A DNA stretch of 64,000 bases from Thalia democratica (GCA_965202585.1 OZ241828.1:57908001-57972000); one strand, 5' to 3'; shown: positions 39,601-52,135, numbered from the stretch's first letter. Notes: generated by a model not told the origin, from the sequence alone. A program made the numbers and translations.

Positions 39601-40986
39601 CTTTTTTAAATTTCAACCTGCATTAGCATTTGATAGTTAAGTTTAGTTGTTAGAATATATCAAACTGCAAGTGACTACCAATGTATGTGCCACTTTTACT
39701 CTTTTTACATTTCTAAACTTTATTTTTCCCTATCAAAAATCTGTATACAATGGAATTAAAACACATTAGTTGATTTTATACTTTCAAGCCAATGTCAATT
39801 TCCATACAAAATCATTTTTAAGCAAACCTTCATTTCCAACTATTTCTTTGCAGCAAGCGAACAGCTCCTTGGGACCAATGTACGTCTGGTAGATCCTCTT
39901 CTTCATCTGCCTCTTCTTCATCTTCGTCCCAAAGTCAATCTGCCTCACCTGGTTTGGAAAGGCAGTGAAGTAAACAATATGCAGCTTTGGGAACAACTCT
40001 TTAAAGTACTCGGACCAGGCGGCCACCACGCTGGCCGGCACCAGATCAATTTTGTTCAAGATGAGGATCAGGGGCTTTTTCAGGTCCACGGTGACATGCT
40101 GGTACAGGGCCGGTGAAAAGTGAAGCACTGGGTGCCTGACGTCGGTCACCATGACAACCACATCACTTCTCTCAAGCACCCTCCACGCCTGCCGCCAAGT
40201 CTCCAGGTTGTGCTCAAAATAACTCAGGTTGTCCTCACCAAAATCCTGGTGGATATTTTTCAAATACTGGTTGAAGTACTTTAACTCATTTTGCTCCAAC
40301 TTCTGCTTACTCCACTCGTACTCCCACTGTGGTCTCTTTGGCATCTCGAGGACGTTTTGGTCAGGTGGGTAAATGTCGTCTATTGAGACTTCCAGCTCCT
40401 TCTCTGTTTTCATGCTGAGCACTTCTTTTTGGGACTTGGCCTTCCTGGCTTCAACTTCCTCCCTGCTTTCCTTGAGGAAGTTTAATTTGTACCTGCAAAT
40501 AACAATATTAAAATCATAGGTCAAAAATTCTTGGCTATAAAGAAATAATTTTCAAATAGCTTCTTAAAAACAGAGACCCATTAACAAATATAAGCAAAAC
40601 ATATTTGGTAAAATTATATTATTTTGTACAAGAGTAAAGTAAACAAAAAAGAGTTATTTACTAGCACCTAAAAACATAACTTCAATTTAAAAATATTGCA
40701 ATTTAAAGTTTCAAATACAAGTTATGACAGATTATTTTGTACCTGTTAGGGTAATAAAGAGTAAAATTAAAAAACTAAGAAAGTTCAATTTGTACCTGCC
40801 AGGGTTGGCCTCGCCCTTATGGTATGCCCTTTCATTTGGGTCATTTATTTTTTTGGATCTGATGTTGCAATGGTGACCTTGTTGATTCCTTTCGTTTGAT
40901 TCCAATTTTGCTTGTTTTTTGATTCTTTTCTGTTTCAGTTGTGCTTTCTTTTGTCTGACGCTGAAAGGTTTTTTTCGATTATTCAT
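30656..40986 (-). CDS. GNL1: Guanine nucleotide-binding protein-like 1 (circularly permuted YlqF/YawG-family GTPase), 8 coding exons, 565 aa
   Basis: Exons (minus): 40986-40796, 40492-39828, 38434-38349, 37874-37775, 35869-35691, 34095-33966, 32600-32427, 30828-30656. All introns are GT-AG with matching phases; total 1698 nt, open frame. N-terminus RKKPFSVRQKK, motif LETWRQAWRVLE, G4 NKID preceding G1 GHPNVGKSS, G2 TPGHT, G3 DSPG, then GIYPIAQVQEPY and TAKAGRPDVYRGAN. These match the GNL1 subfamily as I recall it. Confidence 0.95.
34144..34191 (-). ncRNA. Minimal type I hammerhead ribozyme in GNL1 intron 5 (sense orientation)
   Basis: Minus strand: TATTGTT-CTGATGA-AACGT-TTCAT-ACGTT-GAAA-C-TCTA-G-TA^-AACAATA. 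Intact core, 5-bp stem II, 7-bp stem I, 2-bp stem III; predicted GUA cleavage between 34151 and 34150. Confidence 0.85.
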
Positions 40987-41379
40987 TTTTTTTAAATCTG
41001 TAAAACATTAAATGTTTTCTATTGTGATTTGATGGAAAAAATACATTGAAACTAAGCACAAAAAGTTAAACACTTCTGCATTATTAAGTAGAACAACCTT
41101 TTTGTAGAAAAGTTTATAAGGTATAATACAGAAAGCTTTTCTAAATTTATAAACCACTTGAATTTTTTAATATTCTAAAAGATTTATGAAGTTATAAGGC
41201 TATATGGTAATAGATTTTAATAATAAAGTTTAATCATTAAATAAACATACATTTTAAACAGGTTTTGTCTGTATTTCAAAAAAAAAAAAGTTGTCAACTA
41301 AATTTTATTATATAAACTTACCAATAAAAACACCTTTTTTTTTGAAATTTGTTCTTATTTTATAGAGTTTTTACTAAGC

Positions 41380-43230
41380 TACAAGTTGCTTTTTCCAGAT
41401 TTCATAAATTCAAAATAATTTTTGAGATATAGCCAGTCAAAGTTGGAGGCAACAACAGGTTCCTTATAGGATGCGTAAACTAAAATGGCAATTCTAGTAT
41501 ATAAAAACGGTAACAAACACAACCCTTTAAATAATAGGCCAATAACCCTAACCAGAACGTTTTCCTGAATTTTTGAAAACATTATTTCTCAAAAAGTATT
41601 TAATCACCTTTTTGACTTTAATTTGTTAACACCAAAAAAATTTGGCTTTGTTTCCTACTAATCATTAGGAATTCAACTATTGACATGTTTACGTGCTTGG
41701 TTAATTTACTTGAACAATGAATCAGTCACAGTGATCAATACTGACATCAAAAAACTTTTGACTCTGTGTCACACTATAGGTTATCAAAAATTCTGACTCA
41801 ATATGGTTTTGATGATAACTTAGGGAATTGGTTAAATAAGTTTTTAAATAATAGGTCACAAAAAGTACTCATTAATAACACATTAGCAAACCCTCTGAAA
41901 ATTCACAGTGGAGTACCACAAAATGGATTCATTGGTCCTCTTCTTTTTTTAATTTACACCAATGATATCATTTTAAAAACTTACATTCAAAGCGAAATTA
42001 GTCTATTTGCAGATGACGCAAAAGTATCTAGCAAGTCAGAAACTTCTTTACAAACATCAATACTGATACAAATAATATTAGATTATATTCACAAATGGCT
42101 AAAAACAAAAAAACTTGATTTAAATCAGAAAAAATATCAAGTTCTAACCATCATAAAAAATAAACCCTTCCCTATTAACCTTTAAATTAATAAAATTAAA
42201 ATACAAGCAATATTTTTTTTATAGACTTAGATATATGAAAATTCTAAAATGGAACAAACATGTAAAGTATTTATATAAGACTGCTCAAAATTCATCTTAT
42301 CAAATACTTAAAAGTTTTAAAACTAGTTCTGCTAGTATTCTTACTAAATTATTTAAAATCTACGTTTGCCCTAAACTCGAATACAACACCCCAATATGGT
42401 CCCCTTAATTAAAAAAAGATATCATTAGAATTGAGTCTGTGCAGAGAAATTTTACCCGTTTTGTTTGTAATAGATGCAACATTTTAAATACCATTTCAAT
42501 ACAGATAGATTGGTAAAGCTCGAATTGGATTCTCTAGAATAAAGAAGATGGCAGTTTGACTTTGATTAAAAAATTCTTTATCCTTACAATTAATAATTAA
42601 TTTACCAATTTTTAAAATGTTATCAAGTCAAACTGCCATCTTCTATATTCTAGAGACTTCAATTTTTGGTTTTTTCTTAGACCAATTATAGTTTGAGGGA
42701 AATGATAAAAAAGTAAAATGTAAATATAATTTTAATAACATTCTGTGGCAAAATTATTTTTTCGGCAGAACAACAAATATGTCGAAAGTAGATTTGAATA
42801 ATATAAATACCAGTAAAATACAGTGATTATCAATTAAAAAATCATTATAATGATGGTTTGAAGTATTTTTATCTACTTGTTTTAAAGTATTAGTATCACT
42901 AAGAATAATTTTTCTTCCTTACGCCTTCCCCCTGCAGAATTATAAATTGTTATATATAATTTTTGTAAATGTGTAACCTTCTATGGTCAATACATAAGTT
43001 TATATATAAAAATGTATTTTGTTTTGTTTTTTGTGCATACCAAGTTATATTTGATCATACAGGACTAGTTGTTTGTTCTTTTTTTTTTCTATGTTATGTT
43101 TAGTTTTATAATTTTCATTGAATGTAATTTGTTTGTTTCTCTTTTTGTGTGTAATGTTGAAGTGGCTCAGGTTTTAATGCCAGAATCCATCTTTGCACAA
43201 TAAACTCCAATAATATTAATAATAATTATA
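41380..43230 (+). mobile_element. 5'-truncated CR1-clade LINE relic
   Basis: NNRPITLT, HSGVPQ.GFIGPLLFLIY.NDI, SLFADDAK, CPKLEYNTPIWSP, DIIRIESVQRNFTR; ends in AATAAA followed by an (AAT)n-like tail near 43200-43230. Confidence 0.85.
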
Positions 43231-44641
43231 CTTGAATTTAAATTCATCATAGAAACTCCAAACATGGAAGAAAATTGAAAAAAAGTCTTGACTTACTCCT
43301 TGAAATTATTCAAGTATTGAACTGTTAGTGCTTTTATTTCAAACTCTTTAACTATAATATTGTTATACTCATAGCAAAGTATAAAGAACTATAAATTAAA
43401 AACCTACTTTTTAGTAAAAAGTGGTCCAGCAAAAGGCAAAAAAAAAGAAAAACCCTGATAATCTAATGTTTTTTTAAGATTTTTTATTTTTACCTTGTGT
43501 TTTTTGTTCTTGGGTGTTATGTTTTTTTTTGTAAAACTGCAATTATATATTCAGTGAAATTACAAGCCTTTTTACAAGCCTAATTACAATTTGTGAATCA
43601 TGCACAAAATTTTGAATTGAAAAAGCTTTTGTTTTTCTTATTTGAAATGATTTATACTTATAACTAAACTCTGCAGGGATCCTAGGCAAAAATTTTTAAA
43701 TTTAGACTTATATTTAGACTTAATTATATTAAGACCTATTCAGAATGACATTTTCCAAAGTGAGCAGTATTCCTCAGTGGGCAATTTTAGCAATCATGGG
43801 TGGTACTAATTACTAAGGCAAAAAAAAGTAAATTGTTAATTAACTAGTAATGAGGTAATATTTAAAAAACCGGATAAATTTTTTAAACTCTACCAAGGGG
43901 GTTTAAGAAAATAAGTTTGGGAAACTCTACACTAACCTTTGTTGGTCAGCACCCAGTTAGTCTTATAACCAGATAAAACAAAATAACCTATTAGATTAGT
44001 TGCCTAGCTTACAAATAGTAGAAGTTTCTAGTACATGTTTTATTTTTCCATTTTAAAGTTGTAAAAAGATATGGTCCCTGAAATTATCATTTAAGTTTCA
44101 TTTTCATCACTTAAAATGTTGTGCAACTGCTACAGACATATTTCAGGGTTGCCACTCTTTGAGTCAAAAAAAAACTCTCACTTGAATGACCAAAAACTGT
44201 CCTGAGTCATTCTGAGTTTTTTCAAACCATTATAAAAAAATTCAACTTTACTTAGTTAATAAAAAACAAGTTTTTCAACATAATTGGTTATAAATAAACA
44301 AAGTATTGAAACTACATCAACTAAATCTCATTCAAAATCTTTAAGAAAAACTTTCCTAAAGATTTTTTTAGAAATCTTGGAACTATCCTGAATTTTTCAT
44401 AAAAAACAAAACTATCCTGATTAAGTTTTTAAAAGATTCTTAATGTCCTGAATTGTTTATCCTGAGATGTCCTGAGTCATCCAAAGATTAAGTTAGTGAG
44501 AAGTTACTGTTAACCTACTTAAAATATTTTTTTGATGAAAAATATTAAAATGATACAACCAACTTTTTATCTGCTTAATAGATTTTTCATATATAATCAA
44601 AATTTTGTTACTTTAAATATAAAAAAAGTTTAAAACTCCAG

Positions 44642-45018
44642 CAGGGTTGCCAAATATTTTTGGCAAATTTTCTCCAGGTTTTCAAAAGTATACATTTTAG
44701 TTTATTTTTAGTTTAAAGTTAAGTTTAAGGTAAGAAACTGTGATAAATAGTATAAAAACATTGAAAATATACTGTAAAGCTACTTTAAATGTATTTTTTA
44801 ATAAAAAACAATTGATGATGACAAAAAAATGTTATCTATGTGATAGATTTTTTGTGTCAAATCAAAATTTTACAACTGAACAAGTTAAAATAGTTAGAAA
44901 TTCCAGGTTTTTCCAGGTTTTTTTACAAAATTTTTCAAATTCCAGATAATCCCAAGTTTTTTGCCTAAATTGTCAAATTCTGGGTTTTTCCAGATTTTCA
45001 GGTTTTTGGGTAACCCTG
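44642..45018. mobile_element. MITE with CAGGGTTGCC-type TIRs (hAT-like)
   Basis: CAGGGTTGCC ... GGTAACCCTG; internal sequence repeated in a split copy (~45630-45865 + 50589-50731) and a tandem copy (50732-51010). Confidence 0.75.
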
Positions 45019-48000
45019 CTCCTGTTTTTTTTTTTTTTTGTTCAAAATTCCAGTTTTTTTATTTCTCTATTTCTAAGTTTTCCTGGATTCCAGGTTTTTT
45101 AAAATCCTGCTTTTTTTTTTCTTTTTGGTATTTCTATTTATAAAATCTGTTCTAATTTATAAGTTTTCTTCAACTATTTTTTTTAGTTATCAAGCTCCAT
45201 TATTTTACCTAGTTTTAAAATTCCAGGTATTTCTAGGTATAATATTCATTTCGTTTAAATATTAGGGGTATTACTTTGTTGTTGTTTCTTTGGAATTCAT
45301 TTTGCTAGGTGATAGTTTGTAGTCTAATTTTAACGGTAAACTAAAAAGGTACTACATTTGAGTAAGAATTTTAATTAAACAGTATGGTTTAAATTAACAT
45401 AAAATAAAAACCTTTTAAAGTTTAAGTTGCTTAAACAGAGAATTATTTGTTTTAAAATTAAAACTTACTCAGCATATTATATTGTAGCCTAAGAAAATGA
45501 AGCACAAAATACATCGATTGTAACATTTTATTAATAATTTTATCTCAAAGTTTTCTTTTTTTTTTATAAAATTTTATACAACACATGAAATATGCATTGA
45601 CTTGTTTAGAGTAAAATCATTTTTACTGTAAGAAGGGAAATGTTTTTAGCAAGTTTCTTGCAGGTTTTAAAATTACACGTTTTAGAGTCTATTAATAGTT
45701 TAAAATGAAGTTAAAGGTAAAATCTGTGTTACATAGTATAACAACATTAAAAGATATCTTAAAGCTTTTTAATAAAAAAATTTGGATGATGACCAAAAAT
45801 TTTATCTACACTACTATTGAATTTTTGTGTCAAATTGAAATTTTACTACATAACATGTAATATTTGGGTTATGCTTAACTTTAGGTGAGCTCACTTTGGT
45901 TCAGTATGTAGGAGTTATATAACTTTATTTTCAATTTTATTTTGAAAATAAGTTCATAAGTCCTATCTGTCCTTTTTTAAGTATTGTCTTCAGCTTTCTG
46001 ATATTAATATTATTGAGAAGAAAAGAAACAATTAATTTATCCACTACTGTAAAATATAATTTGAAATGACATTAAGTTGAAATGACACTATTCTTAGAGT
46101 TAAATAAAGCCTAATTAAACGAGTTAATTTTTATACTAGGTTCACAGCTATATGTAACATACATATGTTACCATACAAAATAGTCTTGACTAAAAGGTTG
46201 TAGAAGATATGTCTTTAAACCAATGTGATGTGGATGATGTAAGGATTAATGTTAGTTTGGAAACAGTAAATGTGTTATAGTTGGTAATTTGTATAGACAT
46301 CCAAGTTCTGCATTTGCTCTTTTTGAAAAAAAATTTCTTTGTGCTTTAGATTATTTGGGTGAGAGAAAAAAGGATTATGTTATTGGTGGTGATGTGAATA
46401 TTAATTTGCTAAAATGTGACCAACGTACTGTTGAATATTAAAACTGTATTTCTAGTGTAGGTGTAAAACAATTTGTTAACTCTCCAACAATGTATTCTGC
46501 TGATTTTTCTTCTAACTCATTAATTGACCATGTGTACTCTAACATTGATTGCAAAATTCTGAATGTTGGTGTGGTGAACTATAATGTCTCTGATCATATG
46601 CCTGTTGTGTGTGAAATTATTTGTGGGAAGCCTAAAACTGTAACTTTTAAACAGACATATATTCAAGATTTTAGTTCATTTGATGTTGGGGTGTTTTTAA
46701 GTAGCCTTAAAATGAAATTGCAAAATATGAGGTTGTATGCAGAATATTGTAAAGGTGTGAATAAATGCTGGGATGAGTTTGAAGCTATTTTGAGTGGAAC
46801 AGTTTATCATCATGCTTCAATTGAAATATTAAATAAAAAAAAACAAAAATTAAAAGTAAAACTGTGGTTAACAAAGGGTTTAATAAATTCAATTGATAAT
46901 AAAAACTTAATGTTAAAAATTTGCAATAAAATACAAACAAGAAAAAATTCTGTTTCATTTAAAAAATATAGAAATTTACTTTATAGAGTTATAGAATTAG
47001 CCAAAAGACTTTAATTTAAACAAATAGTTAAGTATAATAAATGTAATAGTAAAAAGTTATGGAAAATTTTAAATAATATTGTCTCCACTAAATCTACTTC
47101 AAGCTGTAAAATAAATGGTGTGCTTGACGAGAGTGGTAAAATTGTGAGTGACCTGAAAAGAGTAACTGATTTATTGAATAAAAATGTTGTTAATATAGCT
47201 GACAAATTGTTAAATGAGAGAAAGAATGATTTTCATAATAATCTTGAGTTTTGTTTTAGTTTAGTATGTAATGATTTTGTATTCAAAGAATTTACTTATA
47301 GTGAAACTGAGATATACATTAGGAATATGAGACCAAATAAAAGTGTGCAATCCGATGTGCCAAGTATACGATTTGTAAAACTAAGTGCAAAAGTTATTGT
47401 TCCTTATTTATGTAAACTGTTTAACAAATGTGTAGAGTATGGTGTGTTTCCTGAGTCACTTAAATATGCTGAAGTGGTACCAATTTATAAGTCTGGTAAA
47501 AGTGATGTTAATAACTATAGACCTATTTCTCTTTTGTCTCCTTTTTCGAAAATTTTTGAGTCCTTAGTGTGTGAGAGGTTGAACATTTTTTTTTGTCAAA
47601 TGATGTTTTGCATAAAAAGCAGTATGGTTTTAGGAAAAATAGTACAACTGAGCTGGCTGTGAATCAGATTGTGGATGAGTTGACTGAGGCTGGTGAGAAA
47701 AAGTAGTTAATGGTTCTGTTTTTTTACATTTAGCTAAAGCATTCAATACCATAAATCATAAAACACTCTTGTCAAAATTAAAAGGTTATAAAGTTAAAAG
47801 ATCTATGTTAAATTTGCTACAAAGCTACTTAAATAGTAGAAGCCAATCAACTGTTATCAATAATGTTGTGTCTGAGCTTGAAATTGTGATTGTTGGTATA
47901 CTGCAAGGTTCTTGTTTGTTGTTGCTTGAGTATATAGATGATATTTTTTCTTCCACTGAGATTAATATGAGATTGTTTGCTGATGATGATGCCTGCTTAA

Positions 48001-48141
48001 GCTACCAACATAGTGATTCTGCTTGTGTGAACAGTGTTATTAATGAAGAACTGAGAAAAGTTGATGTATGATTGCGTGCTAATAAACCTTTTATTAACTA
48101 TTCTAAAACTAAAATCTTGTGTTTTAACAATACTTCTAAAA

Positions 48142-48853
48142 TTTCAATACTTTTAAAATCAACTAGAAGAAAATAGAAAGCTACAACATTTTCTTTTTAC
48201 TATTATTATTTGTGTTGTTCTTTGATTTTTAAATTTAACTAGAATTTAAACTTTGCCAAAAATTCAAACTTAGTACCATAATTTAACTTGTTTTGTTTTT
48301 AGGTAAAAAAATATTTTAACTATAAGCTTTCATATAAAGCATTTGAGCGGGATTTTAAATTTTAATAACGATTAAAGGCACAAGATTGTTCAAATTTTCA
48401 ATAATTACTTCACAATTAAAATAAGCTACACCAAATTCAATTAAATTTTAAGCTCATTTCATTAAGTACACTTTTGCTAAAGCAATGTTTACTCTGTAAA
48501 TTATCTAGAAGAAAAAAGAAAGCTACATACAGCTTTGATTATTATTATTATATTGATTTTAAAACTTAGCTAAAAATTTAAATTTCTACTAAAACTCAGT
48601 CTTAATATTAAAATTTGATTTGTTTAGTTTCTTAAGTAAAAATTTTCATTAATAATTTGGTTTTATTTTGATTTAATTGTTTAAATACTATTTTCCATGA
48701 CTGTCACATATCTTTTTTTTAGATTTATTTAAGCACTGACGAGGTCTTTGACCGAAACTTAGTTTGTAAAATAAATTTTTGAAAGAATAAATATATTACA
48801 TCTCCTCAAGCAGTTGAGATCTCTCTATTTGTTTTCTTAAAACAAAAACATAT
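48142..48853 (+). mobile_element. 712-bp non-coding retroposed insert (Penelope pseudo-LTR / retrozyme-like) carrying a hammerhead ribozyme
   Basis: Flanked by exact 13-bp direct repeat AATACTTCTAAAA (48129-48141, 48854-48866); the LINE ORF resumes afterwards; partial internal repeat (48163 vs 48506); hammerhead at 48723-48776. Confidence 0.7.
48723..48776 (+). ncRNA. Minimal type I hammerhead ribozyme
   Basis: ATTTATTT-AA-GCA-CTGACGA-GGTC-TTT-GACC-GAAA-C-TTA-G-TT^-TGT-A-AAATAAAT: intact core, 4-bp stem II, stem I of 3+8 bp with an internal loop. Confidence 0.8.
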
Positions 48854-51800
48854 AATACTTCTAAAAAATGTGATTTTAAAGTAAATATAAATAGACTTGC
48901 TCTTGAACAGACGGAAAGTATAAAATACTTGGTGTGGTTTTGGATGAAAAACTGTATTGGAGGGCTCACTTAAGATCTCTCAAATCAAAGCTGTCTAAAA
49001 GTTGTTTTGTGTTGTCAAAATTGAGGTACTATTTGGATGTGAGTACACTTAAAATAGTGTATTATAGTTTGTTTTATCCGCATATTCAATATTGTATATC
49101 TGCTTGGGGTGGTGCTGCTGAATGTTATTTGAAACAAATTGTAAATATGCAAAAAAGGATAGTGAAGTATGTTTGTCGTGTGTCTGCTTTGACTCCAACA
49201 AACCCACTGTTTGTGAAAACTAGTCTGCTGAAATTGAATGATGTTTTTAAATTGCAAGTTTGTAAATTGATGCAGAATAGTGTGACTGAATTTGATATTG
49301 AGCATAAAAGTTTTACTCTTGTTAGTTCTCTTCACTCCTACAATACAAGGTTTTCTAAAAAATTAAATTTCATAACTTAAAGACCTAGAACAAGACTTAG
49401 CCTAAACTCCATTAGGTATTTGGGTCCAAGTTTTGGTCTAGTGTCGCAGAAAATTTAAAAAAATTAATAAAAGATAAGTTTAAATGCCGTTATAAAAATT
49501 TTCTATTAACTTTCTACAAGAAGTGAAAATTGAGTGCTTATAATCATATGCCTGAGTATATTGTTTTATTTTTTGTGCATTTGTGTATAAACTAGATTAA
49601 TTATATATTTCATTTTCCCATTATATGATGATTTCTGTATAAATTTAAGTTTAAAAAATTTATGTTTTTTATAACATTTTTATTATATAAAGGAACATTT
49701 CTGTTGAGATGTTCTACTTTTTCTAATATAAGTTTGTTAAGAAAGAAATTATTTGTCAAGTTTTTAAGTATTGATCAAGATTTGTGTTAACTTAATGCTA
49801 GCAATAAATTACATTATTTTTTCCTATTCTTTTAGAAGTTTGTTGTTTTGCAGTTATTTGTTTTTAAATTATACTGCTTAATAGTATATTGCTATTCAAA
49901 ATTTCAACGGCTAATTGTGAAATCACTTGGTGGCAGTGATATCATAATTGGATTGTTGCTATTGTTGTTTTGTTCAGAACGTCAGCAGCACTTGCTTAGG
50001 GATTTGAGCTTCAGGATTTTCCCACACTATGTGATTTTAATGTTGATATTTTAACCTTGTGAGTGTTTGCCAAACGACGTGTCACCAGGGTTTTTTTCAA
50101 TAAAGGGTTAGGATTATTTTTTATTTTTAGTTTGGTTAGTTAAAAGTTCTACTTTTTTTTGTTTGTAGATAGATTTAGTTTTATTTTTTTAATTAAAAGG
50201 TAACTTTTTTTCTTAGTAAATTTAAAGATAGGGCAGGTGGAATAAGATGTGATGAGCTCAAACTCACTCGCTTGACCTTCAGAAAACGTTTATTGTCGCA
50301 GAGGGGAGAGTGAGTTTCTTCTGATGTTTTTCTACCTTAAAAAGAAAAATGAAACATAAACCATAATACTAAAGAATACTAAAAAGTTTAAATGTTGCTT
50401 TGTTGAAATGACACTGTTATATACAGTTGAAGAACCACCTAAGGTGCCAGCTAAAATTGCATTCAGTAATATAAGTACATAAGCAGGGCTTCAGATTAAG
50501 TCAAAATAACATTGAAAATTATTAAAATAAAACTGACAAATTTCTGTATATTGAACCAAAGCATGCTCACCTAAAGTTAAGCATAACCAAAATTTTTTTG
50601 AAATTCCAGGTTTTTCCAGATTTTTAGTGGCTTTTGTTCAAAATTCTAGGATTTTAGTGATTTTTGATTGTAATTCTAGGTTTTTAGCCTAAGTTGTCAA
50701 ATTCCAGGATTCTAGGTTTTTGGCAACCCTGCAAATGTTTTTGGCAAATTTTTGGAAAACTTTTGGCAAAACTGTGTTACATAGTATAACTACATTAAAA
50801 AGTTATCATAATGCTTCTTTAAACATGTTTTATAACAAAAAAAAATTGATGATGACAAAAAACTTTTATCTTTCTGATAGATTTTGTGTCAAATCTAAAT
50901 TTTACTACTTATCATGTAAAAGTTGTTTAAAATGCCAGGTTTTTTTGTGCTTTTTGTTTAAAACTATAGGTTTTATTCAAAATATTTCAAATTTCAGGTT
51001 TTTTGGCAATCATAAATTGCAAATTGTAAGCAAATTTCAATTGTCATAAATCTGGAAGAACTCATTTCACCAGGAAACAATTGAAACTAATTTTAATTAT
51101 ATGATAATCTGCTTCTCATCAACACTTTTGTTCTAGTTTTCAGTAATAAATAAAATAGCAGATGAAGAAGAAAAGCAGCTATCAATGTTTAACTAATGTG
51201 ACAAAGAATACTAATTATTCTAGTTTTGATCTATTATTAGTAGTAAAGTACAAGCTTACTTTTTTTGTAATGAAATATAGTAACAAAAACATTCCCCTTA
51301 TTTGAAAACACAAAATGATGTTGGTTGAAACGAAACGTTGCAGCATTTAATGAAATGCTTGCCAAGTATTCGATTTTTTTTTTGAAGAAATTCTAACTTG
51401 TAAAAATTAATTAATGACAAAAATAATATGTATTTTTGTGTTAAAAAAGGTCTGAAAGTTCAGAAAACAATTTTTATTTACTTGTATAGAATTTTAACTT
51501 ACCAAAATATCTCACTTTTTCTATGGGTTCTAGCTACGACCCAATAAACCCGAACTCAAAAAAAAAAGTAATTTATATTAACAACTCCAAATAATTATTA
51601 GAATCCGTAAAAATTTTCTTTAAAAGCAAATAGCCAAGAAATTGTTATGTTTTGACATTTTTAAGTGAAAATAAATTACTTTTATTTCTCTATATTTTAA
51701 AATGATAGTTGTCACAGGACACTTAGATTTGTAGTCTTTTGTTTAATTTAAAAAATTTTGATTAATATTTTTAAAATTCGGCAACACCAGATCTGCATGT

Positions 51801-52019
51801 TATGTTTATAAAAAACCTAAGGAAGTGTGCTTTAACTATTTACGGTTGCCTATGTTAAAATAAGTTTTCTTTTTCAATTTACTTATTGTAAAGTAAACCA
51901 ATGAGTTTAATGAAAAAAGCAGTTAAAGAAAAAATACGATTACAACTTTTTACAGAAAGACTTAACAATTTCTATTTAAAAAGTAATTTTCTTTTACTTA
52001 CTAATTTTTTTTTGCACGA

Positions 52020-52135
52020 AGACCGCTTGGCATTCGGACGACATGTGCAAAGAAGAGAGTGCGAAGAACAGGGCGTTTTACAATAAGTTCAAACAGGCTG
52101 TTGATGACCCCTCAGTGCTTGACGAGCTTGAGTGA
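52020..52135. other. Exon-like GC-rich segment of unresolved strand
   Basis: Plus reading: AG|TAWHSDDMCKEESAKNRAFYNKFKQAVDDPSVLDELE* with AATAAA downstream. Minus reading: a first exon ending in a perfect GTAAGT donor at ~52001. Confidence 0.35.

Larger units (their letters stand above)
46090..50401 (+). mobile_element. CR1/L2-group LINE relic (APE endonuclease + RT + long 3' UTR) with 14-bp TSD
   Basis: Endonuclease motifs GNLYRHP, GGDVNINL, LIDHVYSN, SDHMPV; RT motifs NNYRPISLL, QGS, LFADD; C-terminal YYSLFYPHIQY...WG. Exact direct repeat GTTGAAATGACACT at 46076-46089 and 50402-50415. Frame-disrupted and interrupted by an insert at 48142-48853. Confidence 0.9.
45867..50588. mobile_element. 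TIR element (about 400 bp when empty) that hosts the 46090-50401 LINE
   Basis: 24-bp perfect inverted repeat GGTTATGCTTAACTTTAGGTGAGC at both ends, extended by imperfect similarity; superfamily not assignable. Confidence 0.75.

Noticed and set aside
39784-40524. 246-aa ORF as a stand-alone gene
   Set aside because: It is GNL1 exon 2; both ends of the ORF-track translation are intron read-through.
44740-45143. Short Phe/Lys/Leu-rich ORFs here and at 13465, 50720, 53361 and 59939
   Set aside because: Chance frames in AT-rich MITE or intron sequence, unlike the GC3-rich true exons.
50238-50326. GTGATGA...CTGA suggesting a C/D box snoRNA
   Set aside because: No convincing terminal stem; it lies in the LINE 3' UTR, where the AAACTCACTC/GAGTGAGTTT stem is better explained as a LINE 3' structure.
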